The notes under the pieces: generated by a model | The model's input: the letters and a program-made list of their open reading frames with translations, nothing else | What the model was told of the DNA's origin: nothing | The model's database searches: none | Assembly (NCBI RefSeq): GCF_018977255.1 | Contig: NW_024704742.1 | Coordinates: forward strand, 66,962,001-67,026,000 | Reading direction: 5' to 3' | Length of the DNA stretch: 64,000 bases | Origin: Callorhinchus milii | Taxonomy: Eukaryota | Made by a program: the position numbers and the translations under genes | Shown: positions 49,325 to 61,264 of the stretch, piece by piece | Numbering within the stretch: the stretch's first letter is position 1 | Layout of the letters: each line of letters starts with the position of its first letter

Positions 49325-49760
49325 GAGACAAAGGGATTGAGAGGAGGGAAGAGAGTAGGGCAGAAGAGGGGAGTCTGGAGAGTATGTGTATGAGAAGGGG
49401 GAGAGAGCAAAAGAGATTGAGCGAGAGAGGGAGAGTGTGGGGGGGAGGGAGTGAATGTGAGGCAGAGCGGGAGAGAAAGAAATGGAGGAAGAGTGATTGA
49501 GAAAGGGTGTTTGAGAGGGGATAGAGAGAGTGTGTGTGGGAAAGGGGAAGAGTTAGAGAGAGTAATTGCGAGAGTGATTGAGATGTATGAAGTGGGGGAG
49601 TGAAAGAGAGTGACTGGGAGAGACGGTGTGTGAGGGAAAGAGAGAGAGTGTGTGTGTGAGAGAGAGGGGGTAGAGAGAGAGTTGAGGGAGAGAGCATGAG
49701 GGAGGGGGAGAGACATAAACTAAAAGACTGAGCGAGCAGGGGGAGAATGGAGGGGAGCGG
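49325..49760. repeat. GA-rich low-complexity tract
   Basis: Degenerate (GA)n/(GT)n. Confidence 0.9.
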
Positions 49761-50811
49761 TTCATGGTTCACTGTCAGGACAGATGATCGGAGCTTAAAT
49801 GAATAAAATTACACATATTGCCTATACATAAACGTATACTTAAAATACATTTAGTTACTCCATGTCAACGTCGCAGTATTTTCGGGTTATGTGCAGCAAT
49901 GTGTATTAAAGCACTGCTGAGTTCCCTCTATGCTTTTCCAACATTAAAGGAAAACCTCCAAGTGTGACGCTTCCCACACCAGCCACCCTGTAGGCTCCCT
50001 GTGTCAGAATGCCAGCCATTACACTGTGTTACCCCCAACCATGAGGAAATGAGTGAAGCCATTTCAATGGAATCTTTACCACAGGCAGAGAGAGAGCATT
50101 CACATCACATTATGATCTGCACTCAAACGTAGGTTCCTGAGGTGACCATGTTCACGCCCATTGTACTGTCAGTCAACTTGTATTGTCAATTCACTTGTCA
50201 ATCTATACTATACACAGTCAATCCACTTTACAGTATATTCTGTGAAGTGCTTTGAGACATCTCAGCGATGTGATAAGGTGCCATGTCAAATGGAAGGATT
50301 TATTATTATCTCTTATTAAAAATTGCAAGCACATGCCTAAAGGAAAGTTTGCACAGACCTGCATTTTTAACTTTCCCTTAAACCGCACAACCCATCTTGA
50401 CTCTTGTCAAAACGATCCCAGCTATGCTACAGTGAACCCTGCAATAAATGAACCTATTATTCTAATTGCTTAATTGCGCTTAACATGTTTGATCTAAAAA
50501 TTTTCTTTGATTCTAAATCACTTTGTAAATGAGGCTTAAATCCTCATTCATTTCTGTTGTGACTGGTGAGATACTGTGCAGTGCAGTGAAAGTATTGGTA
50601 AATAAGATTGTGACAGTACCTCTTGTGACATCCGTATGATTGCCTAGTCTAAATAGTCAATAACTAGCGCAGTGTTTCACATCCATTATGTTTTAAAACA
50701 AATTCTGAAAAATACTTGATACTTGAAGTACAGTGTGAAGACTTTATTTGGATGGTTTGCATCTAAGCATATTTCTCACACTTGTTTTGTTGAATCAATT
50801 TAAAAATAAAA

Positions 50812-51020
50812 TAATTGAATCCTACAGCACAGAAGGAGACCGCTCGGCCCATCGTGCCTGTGCTGGCCCTTTGAAAGAACTATAAGTGTACGTTTAGTTC
50901 CACTCTTCTGCTCTTTCCCCATAGCCTTGCAATTTTTTTTCTTTTCAGGTAAATACCCAAATCTTCTTTTGAAAGTTATTATTGAATCTGTTTCCACCAC
51001 CCTTTCAGCCAGTGCATTCC
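50812..51020 (-). mobile_element. CR1 3' end
   Basis: ctacagcacagaaggagaccgctcggcccatc..ttattattgaatctgtttccaccaccctttcag. Confidence 0.85.
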
Positions 51021-51609
51021 ATTTTTACCTAAATTAAATTAAAAATGTGTTTAATTTGCGCTTGGCTCAGAAAATCGAAATGCTTGCCAAATGTTTACAT
51101 TTGTACTGTATAAGTCACTGTATACTATTATGCAAGTTCATCTTCAAGTTCCTCACATATAAGCCCCTGCACGCACTATCACCTCCCATTTCTAGAATCT
51201 CCTGCTCCACACTTCTGCTCACCCATAAGCTTGGCTAACTCATGCCTGCTTCACAGCCCCTACAACCTCCATGCTTTCCGTTAGTGTGTCCCTAACATCT
51301 GGAACTCTCCATCTCGCTCCCTCTCTATCTGTGTTTAAATCCTGCCTAAAATCTACATCTTTGACCATGACTATGGTTTTTAGTCTAGGGTCCTGGTTGG
51401 TCTGCCACATCCTAATCAGGCCTTGTGCACAACATGCATGTTGCAATACCATATTCAGAGCAACACTGCCTCTTATGGAACAATGGCTTTCAGTACTTCA
51501 TATCTTTACTTAATTTCCATTCAAATGTTACAGTTTTTATTAATGTTGAGTGAAAGTTTTTTTTTGGGTGAAATGCGCCAACAAGATCGAAAAAGGAGTT
51601 TAGGTGGAA

Positions 51610-51810
51610 CTTCTTTATACAGAAGATGGTGAGAATGTGAACTCACTGCCAGAGCTTTGATTGAAGCAGAAGCATCAACCTATTTAAGGGGAAACTTGAT
51701 GCACACGTAAGGGAAAAGAGAATTGAGGAAGGTTTAGGCTGCCGTGGACCACCAGCATGGACTAGCTGGGCCGAATGGCCTGTTTCTGTAGTATAATATT
51801 CTATGTTCTA
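51610..51810 (+). mobile_element. CR1 3' end
   Basis: tttatacagaagatggtgagaatgtgaactc..gggccgaatggcctgtttctgt..ttctatgttcta. Confidence 0.82.
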
Positions 51811-52007
51811 ATAATAATCCTTGCATTTGATATAGCGCTTTTCACGTCTTCTAGACGTCCCAAAGCGCTTCACAGAATATGCTGTAAAGTGAATTGACTG
51901 TACATTTGTGGGCAAAACACGGCAGCCAATTGCGTACAGCAGTGTCCCACAAACAGTCATGGATTGAAAATGACCAATTTTATTATTGTTTTGGAGGGAT
52001 TATTATA
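51811..52007 (-). mobile_element. SINE short form, TAGAA loop, head missing
   Basis: ttcacgtcttctagacgtcccaaagcgc. Confidence 0.92.
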
Positions 52008-52589
52008 CTAATTATTATAATAATTATACTGTACCATTAATTTGTTCATGAGAACTGGTTCACAAGAACACATTTAAATTCTTACGGGACAAAATAATTG
52101 TTGGGTCAGCAGTTTAAGATTGGCAACTTCATTTTGAACACTGTTCTGGTGCTGCCGTGGCTGAGAACTGGTTGGCTGCTACTCACTCAGGTATGGGTTA
52201 TATTTTAGAAAATCAAGGTCTAATTTAGTGATGACTCTCTGAAACGTTATTCTGTAGTTTGACATTGTCTATACTCTCTTCCAGTAAGTCTTCTTGTAAC
52301 TGGCATTTCTTCAATGTTTTACATTTTGTTTGAAGAAATATTTCACTGTTGAAGTAGTTGATTTGTGCAATGCTTTCTTGTTCGGTCAGAAAGCTATGAC
52401 TCTTTGTATGTAATGACAGGACATTGTTACAGTTAGCATTAGGAATGCATAAGATTTTCTTTCGGTATTTATTAATGCTTGACTAAACTGGCCAGTCTGA
52501 GGCAGAAGTTGCAAGTGCACTTCATTTCCTTTCCACCACTGTGTGTCCACAGTGTGACTGGAAGCAGACCTGAACTGCACCAAAGTGCA

Positions 52590-52707
52590 TTTCGCCCACA
52601 AGATACAAAGTCAATTCGCTTTACAATATATTCTGTGAAGCGCTTTGAGACGTCTTAACGATGTGATAAGGAGCTATATCAAATGCAAGGATTATTATTA
52701 TTATTAT
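52590..52707 (+). mobile_element. SINE 3' part
   Basis: Tail signature with (ATT)n. Confidence 0.88.
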
Positions 52708-53919
52708 TTTTATAAATGGGTCAGCCAGTGTTTATTTCTCACATCCAGCAAAGTTATAGACTGAGCAATATGTAACCAAGTTTCATGTACAACAATGCTG
52801 ATGAACTCAGTTGAACAAAATCAAATTAACATTTTTGTAATTTGAGGAAGTATGAAGTATAATCAGTTTTACTTGGGATTGAATTAAAAAGCAATATTTG
52901 CAATGTAAATGAATCTCTTTTTCCGTTTGTAATTTAAGTTTTTCTAAATTTTAAAGGTAAAAAGCTTTGAGACATCCTCTTGTTGTGAAATGCCAGATGC
53001 TGTCTAAAACTATAGATTTAAAATTAATTTAGCAAATGATTCTTTGCATCATTTGGAACAGTTATTTTAGATTTAATGAATTTTCTGCTTTACAATAGAA
53101 ATTGTACAATCCTTTTCTTTTGGTTTGCATATGTTATCATCTGGACCTAAAAACCTAAACTGAGCATTTGTGTTTTTTTGTAAAAACAGTGTTAGTTCTT
53201 CTCAAAATGGTTGGGCGGGTATTCTGGAAAGATGAGATCAAATGGACCGAAGGACATTCTTCATCTGAGCCTCTATTGTAATCTTCACTTCATTCCTTGC
53301 CTGAGAGAGTGGGAATAATGATCTTTTAAGACTCTGCTGCTCTTGCAGCAGCAGGTGGAAGAAGCAGTTGCAGCTGAAATCCACCATTTATTTTTCCATC
53401 TCCTACCCAGCTCTGAATGGGATGAAAATGCTTTGATACCTCCCTTACTCAATTTTTCGTTGAAATATAACCTATTGCCACACTCACCCACAACAAGCAC
53501 AGTCACTTTGTAACTGTCCTGTGAAATGCTTTGGAACGTCTTCCTGACGTAAAAGGTACTATATGAAATATAAGGATTATCATAGTTTACAAATTGTTTT
53601 TGATTTTTATTTTGTGCACTCATGCGAATGTCAATCTCATTCAAATCGGACATTTCAGATTGGTTGCACAAGTTCAGCCTTAAAACAAAACAACTGGAAC
53701 CTAATAAGAATGGTGTTCACGTTTTAATGGCATCTTTTCTTCAAGCCAAAATCGCTGTCTTCAACACTGAAGCCAAACTAAATGAATCCTGCAATGCCAG
53801 TTACAATTTTCACACAAAACAGAAATGTTCTTCCTCTGTAACAGCGAGGCACTAAGTAGGAGCTAGAGACGGGAAATGTAAATTCATATTACAGCTCAAG
53901 TACAAGCAGTCATACTGTG

Positions 53920-54282
53920 GCATTGTGGGTTCAAGCCACTTGTCAGGACTTTGAGCTCACAGTCTGACACTCCCAGTGCAGTGCTCGGAAGCACTACGTT
54001 GTCAGAGGTGTTGTCCTTTGGATGATAGTTAAACTGAGGTGCCCGCTGCCTATTCAGGTGGACGTTAATGATCCCTCGATACTATTTGAAAAGATAAGAG
54101 TTTCTCTGATGTCTTGTCACCAGATAAAATTGGACTTTTACTTCACGGTTGTGTGTAGTACATTACAGTGCCACGTTTGCATACAAAATACCCAGTCATT
54201 ATATTTTATAGTAAATCTTGCAAAGAGCTTTGAAATGTCTCTTTGAAATGAGTGATAAGGAATTATATCAAATGCAAGGACT
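53920..54282 (+). mobile_element. Deu-domain SINE
   Basis: gtgggttcaagcc..ctgacactcccagtgcagtgct..gttaaactgagg..ggtggacgttaatgatccc. Confidence 0.75.
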
Positions 54283-54319
54283 GTCATCACAGGGTCTTAA
54301 TTCAAGGATCCTGATGACG

Positions 54320-54660
54320 ACAACAACAATTAGCATTTACAAAGCGCCCCTCATGCAATGTAGCGTCCCAGAGCGCTTGACAGTGGCGGAGCACGACCCG
54401 GAGCTGGGGGAAGGGGGAGATGACCGTAAGCACGGTCGAAGACGAAGGTCTTCAGTTGCGACCTGAAGATGGGGAAGGAGGAGGCAAGGCAGGGGTATAG
54501 AGCAAGAGTGTTCCAGAGTTTTGGGGCGTAATGGATGAAAGCGTGGCCACCGATCGTGGAACAGAGGGCATGAGGGACAAACAAGAGGTTGGAGCCAGTT
54601 GAGTGGAGGCAGAGTTGGGGAGTAAGCAAGTTGAAGAGGTAGGGAGGTGCCAGGGCGTGA
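54320..54660 (-). mobile_element. Older L2 3' fragment
   Basis: LAPPYL..IGGHAF..APKLWNTL..LKTFVF in ORF 54351..54722. Confidence 0.88.
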
Positions 54661-54725
54661 AGGAATTGATGATCGCTTCCCATCTCCAACGATACTATAA
54701 TTAATGTTAAGCCTACTCCCAAGTA

Positions 54726-55056
54726 GTGGAGTCCTGTAGCTCAGTGGTGAGAGCACTCGCTTTGCAAGTGAGAGACCTGAGTTCAATTCCAGGCAGAGGG
54801 CGAAACCTTGGGCAAGTTTCCTTACTCCACACAGAGCCTAATAATAATCCCTCCAAAAAAAAAAACAATAATTAAATTGGTCATTTTCAATCTACGACTG
54901 TTTGTGGGACATTGCTGTGCGCAATTGGCTGCCGCGTTCGCCCACAAATATACAGTCAATTCACTTTACAGTGTGTTCTGTGAAGCGCTTTGGGACGTCC
55001 TCCCGACGTGAAAAGCGCTATATCAAATGCAAGGATTATTATTATTATTATTATTA
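54726..55056 (+). mobile_element. Full-length SINE, short form, CTCCC loop
   Basis: A box tagctcagtgg, B box gagttcaattcc, TGC anticodon-like loop (tRNA-Ala-like), long (ATT)n tail. Confidence 0.97.
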
Positions 55057-55587
55057 AAACGGAAATGCATCTCTGTCATTCAGTCTGAAGGTCCTGAATT
55101 AGAATGAGCTGCTGTAAAATGTTGCACCTCAGCATCAGGGAGCAATAATCTTGTTTGGGTTCACCTATTGAGTGGCCAGGCCATTCCTCCCTGAAGCTGC
55201 TTGAAAGGAGTTTGCTGAATACACATTTGAACCATTTACCTGGTGGCTAATTCCAGACTCTGCCTGCCAGAAGTTGAGTTTGCAGCATTGGCTTGAGATC
55301 ATTATTGGAAGCGGTGCAAATGCTGCCACTAAACAAGAATTGCACAATTCTGCCAACTATTACCTTTCTTGGCCCCTTCAGACCATTGTACTGGCGCTCA
55401 GTATTGTAAGGCTACTATGCTGATGTAGGATTAGACAGGATTTTGCTAGTTATTTTAAAGTGGGGGGGGGGAGGAGGGGGTGGGGTGTGCGGGGAGATGT
55501 GCTATAATGTGTGTGCAGCACTTTTTTTTGCATACTGTGAACATAGCTATTGTTAGCAATTTGTTTTTATTCTTACTTTGAAATTAG

Positions 55588-55646
55588 AGTGAAGATGATG
55601 GATACACATCGAGAGACAAAGTGGAGCAGCGGCCTGGAGAGCTTAA
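55588..55646 (+). CDS. Candidate 59-nt exon
   Basis: T-rich tract plus ttag acceptor and gtacgt donor; open as VKMMDTHRETKWSSGLESL or SEDDGYTSRDKVEQRPGEL; TE-free, CpG-retaining flanks. Confidence 0.4.
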
Positions 55647-56077
55647 GTACGTTACGTTAAACTACCGTCGTCTAACGGCTATCTTTTATTATATGTGCTG
55701 GGTCATTAATTATTATCTGTAAACAAGTGCAAATAACCCAGTATTAGGTAAAGTGATTTTCATTTTACGCGGATTTTAATGTTCGGGAGTTTTGGAAGAT
55801 CGTGGGGGTGGGCGGGAGAATGTAAATTTTTAAATTACACAGCTATTTTATTCATTGTATTTTACACTGTCTGCTGCTGCTGTTGTGAAAACTTGAGTTC
55901 GATGATGTTGGTAAAATGAATGAAAAATTAAATGCAGTTCCCACAGGGATGAGATGTTGCATAGTGCGTAGAACCTTTAATTAGCCCCTCCTTACCCCTC
56001 TATGCCACACAATCCCTATAATAGCACTGATTGATTGTGATACACTTCTAAAGAGGAACAGTGAAGCATAACATACA

Positions 56078-56256
56078 TGGGTTAATGTTCAGAGTCCGAT
56101 CCTTCATCAGAATTAAATGAAATCGAGCTGAGGTCTGATGGACGGTCGCACACTAAATGTTATCATTGCTTTTTCTTTGAAATGCTGACTTACCTGCTCT
56201 TCACTTCTGATACCTGCGATTCCTGTGTCAGATTTCCAGCATCTGCAGTTTTTTTT
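56078..56256. mobile_element. Degenerate Penelope-like terminal repeat with inverted hammerhead-like motifs
   Basis: rc of 56082-56111 is tctgatgaaggatcggactctgaacattaa; forward partner tctgatggacggtcgcacactaaatgtta at 56134. Confidence 0.5.
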
Positions 56257-56461
56257 ATTAAGTCTTGTGTAACTGAAACGTTTCTGTGATTTTCCAAAAA
56301 GTTTGTTTTGCCAAGTTATTTTTTAAAAAGAAATCTACAATTTTCTCCCTTCCTTAAAATATTTTAGGCTTTTTCACTTTGCCAGGGGTAAAATTCCACC
56401 TGCATGGGATGCCTCCAACACCTTGCCCAAGTTGCCTCTTAAGCATGTTGTGAACCTTGAC

Positions 56462-56710
56462 TAGTAGTGAAAATCTGGAACTCTCCCCCCAAAAGGCTGT
56501 GGATGCTAGTTTCAATCAAATTCTCAAGACTGAAGTGGATAGATTTCTGTTAGGGCAGGGTATCAAGGGATATGGGGTAAAGCCGGGTAAGTGGAATTGA
56601 GGTACAGATCAGCCATGATCTAATAGAATGGCAGGTCAACAACAACAAAATTACATTTGTGAAGCGCCTTTCACGTTAGGAGAATCAGGGTCGAGGGGCT
56701 GAATGGCCCA
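56462..56710 (+). mobile_element. CR1 3' end containing a short minus-strand L2 tail (56637-56682)
   Basis: tcaagggatatggg..gaggtacagatcagccatgatctaatagaatggc resumes as tcgaggggctgaatggcc. Confidence 0.85.
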
Positions 56711-56799
56711 CTGACTGTGACTATCGGGAATATATTAAACAGTCTTGGAGAATCCCAAATCAGTCTCGTTCTATTGTCTCACAGCGTTTTCACAACCTT

Positions 56800-57010
56800 C
56801 CCCAGTAGTATTGCTTGTCAGCAATCAGCAATGAGCTCGAAGGCTGATTATTTCCTACTCGCCTAAGACAGAAGCACTGAGGCCACATATAGGCCTTGTG
56901 TCACTCAGCTGAGATCACCAAACTCAATCTGGTGATTCAACCTGGGACCTGTCCAGTCTGTACAGCTCAGGCTACTCACTCAATAACCTCACTGAGCCAT
57001 TGGGGGGAGG
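56800..57010 (-). mobile_element. LF-SINE-like 5' part
   Basis: rc ccccaatggctcagtg..ctgagctgtacagac..ggtcccaggttgaatc..tgatctcagc..tggcctcagtgc..aatcagcc. Confidence 0.6.
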
Positions 57011-57104
57011 TGGGGTCTAATTTCATTTGTAACATTATTTCAAGTGTACTTTGCACATGATTGCATGAATGATACTGTACTATGGACAGACTGACAATAT
57101 AGTA

Positions 57105-58012
57105 CTCCAGGACCACTGCTGCCCTGACAGACTGCCTGTCAGACATCAAGTCCTGGATGAGGGCAAATTTCCTACAGTTGTATGTGAACGAGACTGAGGC
57201 CCTCCTGATTGGCTCACGCCAGCGCCTCTACACCTCAGGCTCTGGAGGCATCAACCTCCATGGTTGCACACTTCAACTCACCGCCAGTCAGGAACCCAGG
57301 TGTCTTGTTCGACCCTCAAGTGTCTTCTTCCCCACATCCAAGCCATGACCCGCTTTGCCTTCCCTCATCTCCGTAACATCACCCGACTCCGCCACTACCT
57401 CACCCCTCAGGCTGCTGAAACTTTAGTTCATGCCTTCACCTCCAGACTCGACTATGCAAACGCTCTGCTTGTTGGCCTTCCCAACTCCTCCCTCCACAGG
57501 CTGCAGATAATTCAGAACTCTGCAGCCCATGTCCTCTCCCGCACCAAACTCCGTGACCCCATCTCCCCCATTCTCGCCCGACTCCATTGGCTCCCTATTC
57601 TTCAGAGTATCCAGTTCAAGATCCTGGTCCTCACCTACAAAGCCCTCCATGGCCTCGCCCCTCCCGACCTCTGTGACCTCCTAAACCCCTACCAACCTGC
57701 CTGCTCCCTCCGCTCAGCCGGCTCTGGCCTGCTTCATGTCCCCCAACCCACCCACACCACCATTGGTGGGAGAGCCTTCAGCCACTCTGCCCCAACCTCT
57801 GGAATTCCATCCCCCAATCACTCCGTCTCACCCCTCCTTAGTCTCCTTCAAGTCCAACCTCAAAACCCTCCTCTTCGACCACGCCCTCAGTCACCCCCCT
57901 TACCCTCCCCTCCCTTCCACCCCCCTGACCCCAGCTCGGGTCTGAAATGCTGTACACTGTCCAGCACCTTGGGACGTCCTCCCGATGTGAAAGGCGCTAT
58001 ACAAATTTAATT
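57105..58012 (+). mobile_element. L2 LINE, 5'-truncated
   Basis: [51 protein letters not shown]2 end. Confidence 0.96.
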
Positions 58013-58175
58013 TAATTTTAATCCTTGCATTTGATATAGCGCTTTTCACATCGGGAGGACGTCCCAAAGCGCTTCACAGAACACACTGTAAAGTGAATTG
58101 ATTGTATATTTGTGGGCGAACGCGGCAGCCAATTGCGCACAGCAATGTCCCACAAACAGTCGTAGATTGCAAATG

Positions 58176-59444
58176 TCGTAGAAGGCACTGTCCTTGAATG
58201 GTTTAGGTCGTACCTTTCTCACCGTCTTCACTTTGTCTCAACGAATGGCTTCTCCTCCACCCCCCGTACTGTCTCATGTGGTGTCCCTCAGGGCTCTGTC
58301 CTCGGTCCCCTCCTCTTCACCCTCTATATGCTCCCCCTCGGTGACATCATCCGCAGACATGGAGTTAACTTCCACATGTATGCGGATGACACCCAACTCT
58401 ACCTTTCCTCCTCTACTCTCAACTCCACGACCACCGATGTCCTGACAGCTGCCTGTCCGACATCGAGTCCTGGACGAGAGACAACTTTCTTCAGCTCAAC
58501 GTGCGAAAAACCGAGGCCCTCCTGATTGGCTCACGTCAGCGCCTCCGCACCTCAGGCGCTGACACCATCAGCATCCAAGGCTGCACTCTCCACCTCTCAA
58601 AGCCAGTCAGGAACCTCGGCGTTTTGTTCGACCCTGAGCTGTCCTTTCTCCCTCACATCCGCACTACAACTGGCACCGCCTTCCATCACCTCCGGAACAT
58701 CGCCAGACTACGGCATTACCTCACCCCTCACGCTGCTGAAACCCTGGTCCACGCCTTTGTCACCTCAAGGCTGGACTATGGGAACTCTCTCCTCGCCGGC
58801 CTTCCCGCCACCTCCCTCCACAAGCTGCAGGTCATTCAGAACTCTGCAGCTCGTGTACTGTCCCGCACCAGGCTTCGCGACCACATCACTCCCACCCTCG
58901 CTCGCCTCCACTGGCTCCCCATCCCCCAGAGGATTGATTTCAAGATCCTCATCCTCACCTACAAGGCCATTCACGGCCTTGCTCCCTCCTACCTCTCCAA
59001 CCTACTATCCCCCTACCTACCTGCCCGTACCCTCCGTTCCTCTGGCTCTGGTCTGCTCCACGTCCCTACCATCGGTGGTCGGGCCTTCAGCCTCTCAGCC
59101 CCCAGGCTCTGGAACTCCATCCCCCAGTGCCTTCGCCTTGCTTCCTCCCTTTCCTCCTTCAAGGCCGGTCTCAAAACCTTTCTCTTTGACCGTGCCTTCA
59201 GCTCCCCTCTCGACTCTCTTCCCCCTCCTCGCTCCCTCCCTTCCCTCACCCTGACCATTTCCCCCTCCTTGCTCCCTCCCTTCCCTCACCCTGACCATTT
59301 CCCCCCTCCTCGCTCCCTCCCTTCCCTCCCCTCACCCTGACCATTTCCCCCCTGCTCGGGTCATGACCCAACTGTGCAGCGCCTTGGGACGTCCTCCTGA
59401 CGTGAAAGGCGCTTTATAAATGGAATCTTGTTGTTGTTATTGTT
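58176..59444 (+). mobile_element. Young L2 LINE with RT core, 5'-truncated, 14-bp TSD
   Basis: [13 protein letters not shown] and [10 protein letters not shown] motifs, a frameshift near 58450, 279-aa C-terminal ORF 58501..59340; TSD 58162-58175 and 59445-59458. Confidence 0.98.
59215..59353 (+). repeat. ~35-45-bp pyrimidine-rich minisatellite in the L2 3' region
   Basis: Three ccctcaccctgaccatttccccc units; three units also in rc at 26378-26520. Confidence 0.9.
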
Positions 59445-61049
59445 GTAGATTGCAAATGACCAATTTATTATTGTTTTTGGTTTTGGAGGGATTATTATTA
59501 GGCTCTGTGTGGAGTAAGGAAACTTGCCCAAGGTTTCGCCCTGCCCGGAATTGAACTCAGGTCTCTTGCTTGCAAAGTGAGCGCTCTAACCACTGAGCTA
59601 CAGGACTCCACAAATGTAATTTTGTTGTAGTAGTATTCCAGAGTATTGTTACTAGTTAAGAGTACTTTGGAACAATATAAAACAATATATAGTGTTATGA
59701 TTTTAACAGCGAATGTAATTGGATTCCAATACTGAGTTTTATGCGGCAAGCATATACCGAATACATGAGCTTACAGGAATTTGGCAAACCTTAAAATGTT
59801 ATCTTTGGCACAGTCTTTGAAGAGTTTAATAATAATCTTCTTTCACATCATTCAACAAGACATGAAAGACTATGGAAGGGGGTGGGAGCGATTTTGGATA
59901 AATTGTGAAGGCTTAAATGGTTACAAGAGAATCCATAGCTATCGTTGCCTCCTTTAGGAAAAAGTGTCTCCCAACTATTTTGTGACACCAAGGGAAGAAT
60001 ATGAAAGAACACCACACCTGAAGTAACAGCATCCAGATTTTTTTTGAAGAATCTCAAACTTGGCTTGAAATAGCTGTATGTTGCTCTATATGTCTTGAGG
60101 TGACCAATAATAATAATACTTTGCGTTTGATACAATGTCTTATCACATCTTCCAGATGTCTCAAAGTGCTTCGCCCTGACCAAGATATTAAGCTGAACTT
60201 TTCAGCAACATAACATCTTGGTAGATCATACTCAACATCGCCATTGGAGAGCAATCGCCAAGAAATGTTGACATGAGTAACCGAGCCCACATGCATAGAC
60301 TGGCTGGGGGCAGGGAAGAGATCATATTAATGTTGCTTCTCAACTTGCAGATGCCAGCAATTTGGACAATCCAGTTCTAGATGAGACTGAGGTATCTCTG
60401 TGTTAATGTGGTGCTGTATTTCACATCAGTGCAATCCTGAGTGTTATCCCCATCTTAAAATTAATGCCAGGCACCTATTGGTTGTAAATTGTATGCTATG
60501 AAGCAGTATTTTTAAATCGTTTTTTTCAATGGGAATAATTTTGTCTGTTTACTTTCAATTACTTTCAGATATAGCTGAGTTGCATTTGGTGTGGTTCAGC
60601 TTCTGGTTCAATGGATGATATAACATTATCCCCATTCATATAGCATTACATTGATAGAATCAGATTTCCCATTAGTCAGACCATCTGCTCACACTGCATT
60701 GCAAATGTCAGCATTAGGATTATTGATTTATTTCCTTTTTCCTCCCCTTCAATTTCAATAACATGAATGCTGTATTTTGGTGTTCAGTCATAGAGAATTA
60801 GAGCTTTTTGTCATATTTGTTGCATGTAACTTGTGGTTGGATTGCATAGTAATTTTCTAACAGTTATTTTGACATTTTCAAGGAGCTATGCAAGGTTTCA
60901 AAACATAACCGGACGAGGTCCGAGATATTCAAAGGATGCAGGGTTATTGGATGACGAGAAAGTCGGAATCTTTTTTAAGATCTCTTTTGATTTGACAGGA
61001 ATTACTTGGCACCCTGGTTTCCAACCATACTCTCACGTCAATGTGATTG

Positions 61050-61168
61050 AGCTTGATGTTGAAGGGCAGTAATGAGATGAAGTACTCACAAATCTTATCG
61101 ATCAAGGCCCATCGTCTCAACCAATGACTTGCCCAAGAGTCATTTTCCCAATTGCACCATTAGGTATA
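61050..61168. repeat. Diverged ~120-bp direct repeat, partner at 62247-62368
   Basis: Shared gcttgat.ttgaagg.cagtaat, tgacttgcccaag.gtca and gcaccattaggtat. Confidence 0.8.
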
Positions 61169-61264
61169 AAAGGAATTGTTTTGGAAGTTGGATAAATCGG
61201 TGAGATGGCACTGATCAACTTTTGCCTTTACCTCTTACTGAAAAAAACCTTCCCTGGACCCGTT

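Larger units (their letters stand above)
58019..59611 (-). mobile_element. Short-form SINE split by L2 (parts 58019-58175 and 59445-59611)
   Basis: Halves rejoin at the duplicated gtagattgcaaatg. Confidence 0.95.

Noticed and set aside
49177..49772. ORFs of 107-184 aa
   Set aside because: Produced by the GA-rich low-complexity tract
52228..52256. gtgatgactctctgaaacgtta hammerhead-like motif
   Set aside because: No pairing stem II and an incomplete core; too degenerate to call
54726..54800. tRNA-Ala-like genes at SINE heads
   Set aside because: Each continues into the SINE body and tail, and the acceptor stems do not close; these are SINE heads, not tRNA genes
58501..59340. 279-aa ORF as a host gene or active RT
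   Set aside because: It is the C-terminal part of a 5'-truncated, frameshifted L2 ORF2
60180..60380. Possible hAT MITE, or right end for the 49034 terminus
   Set aside because: Only weak TIR similarity and no matching TSD
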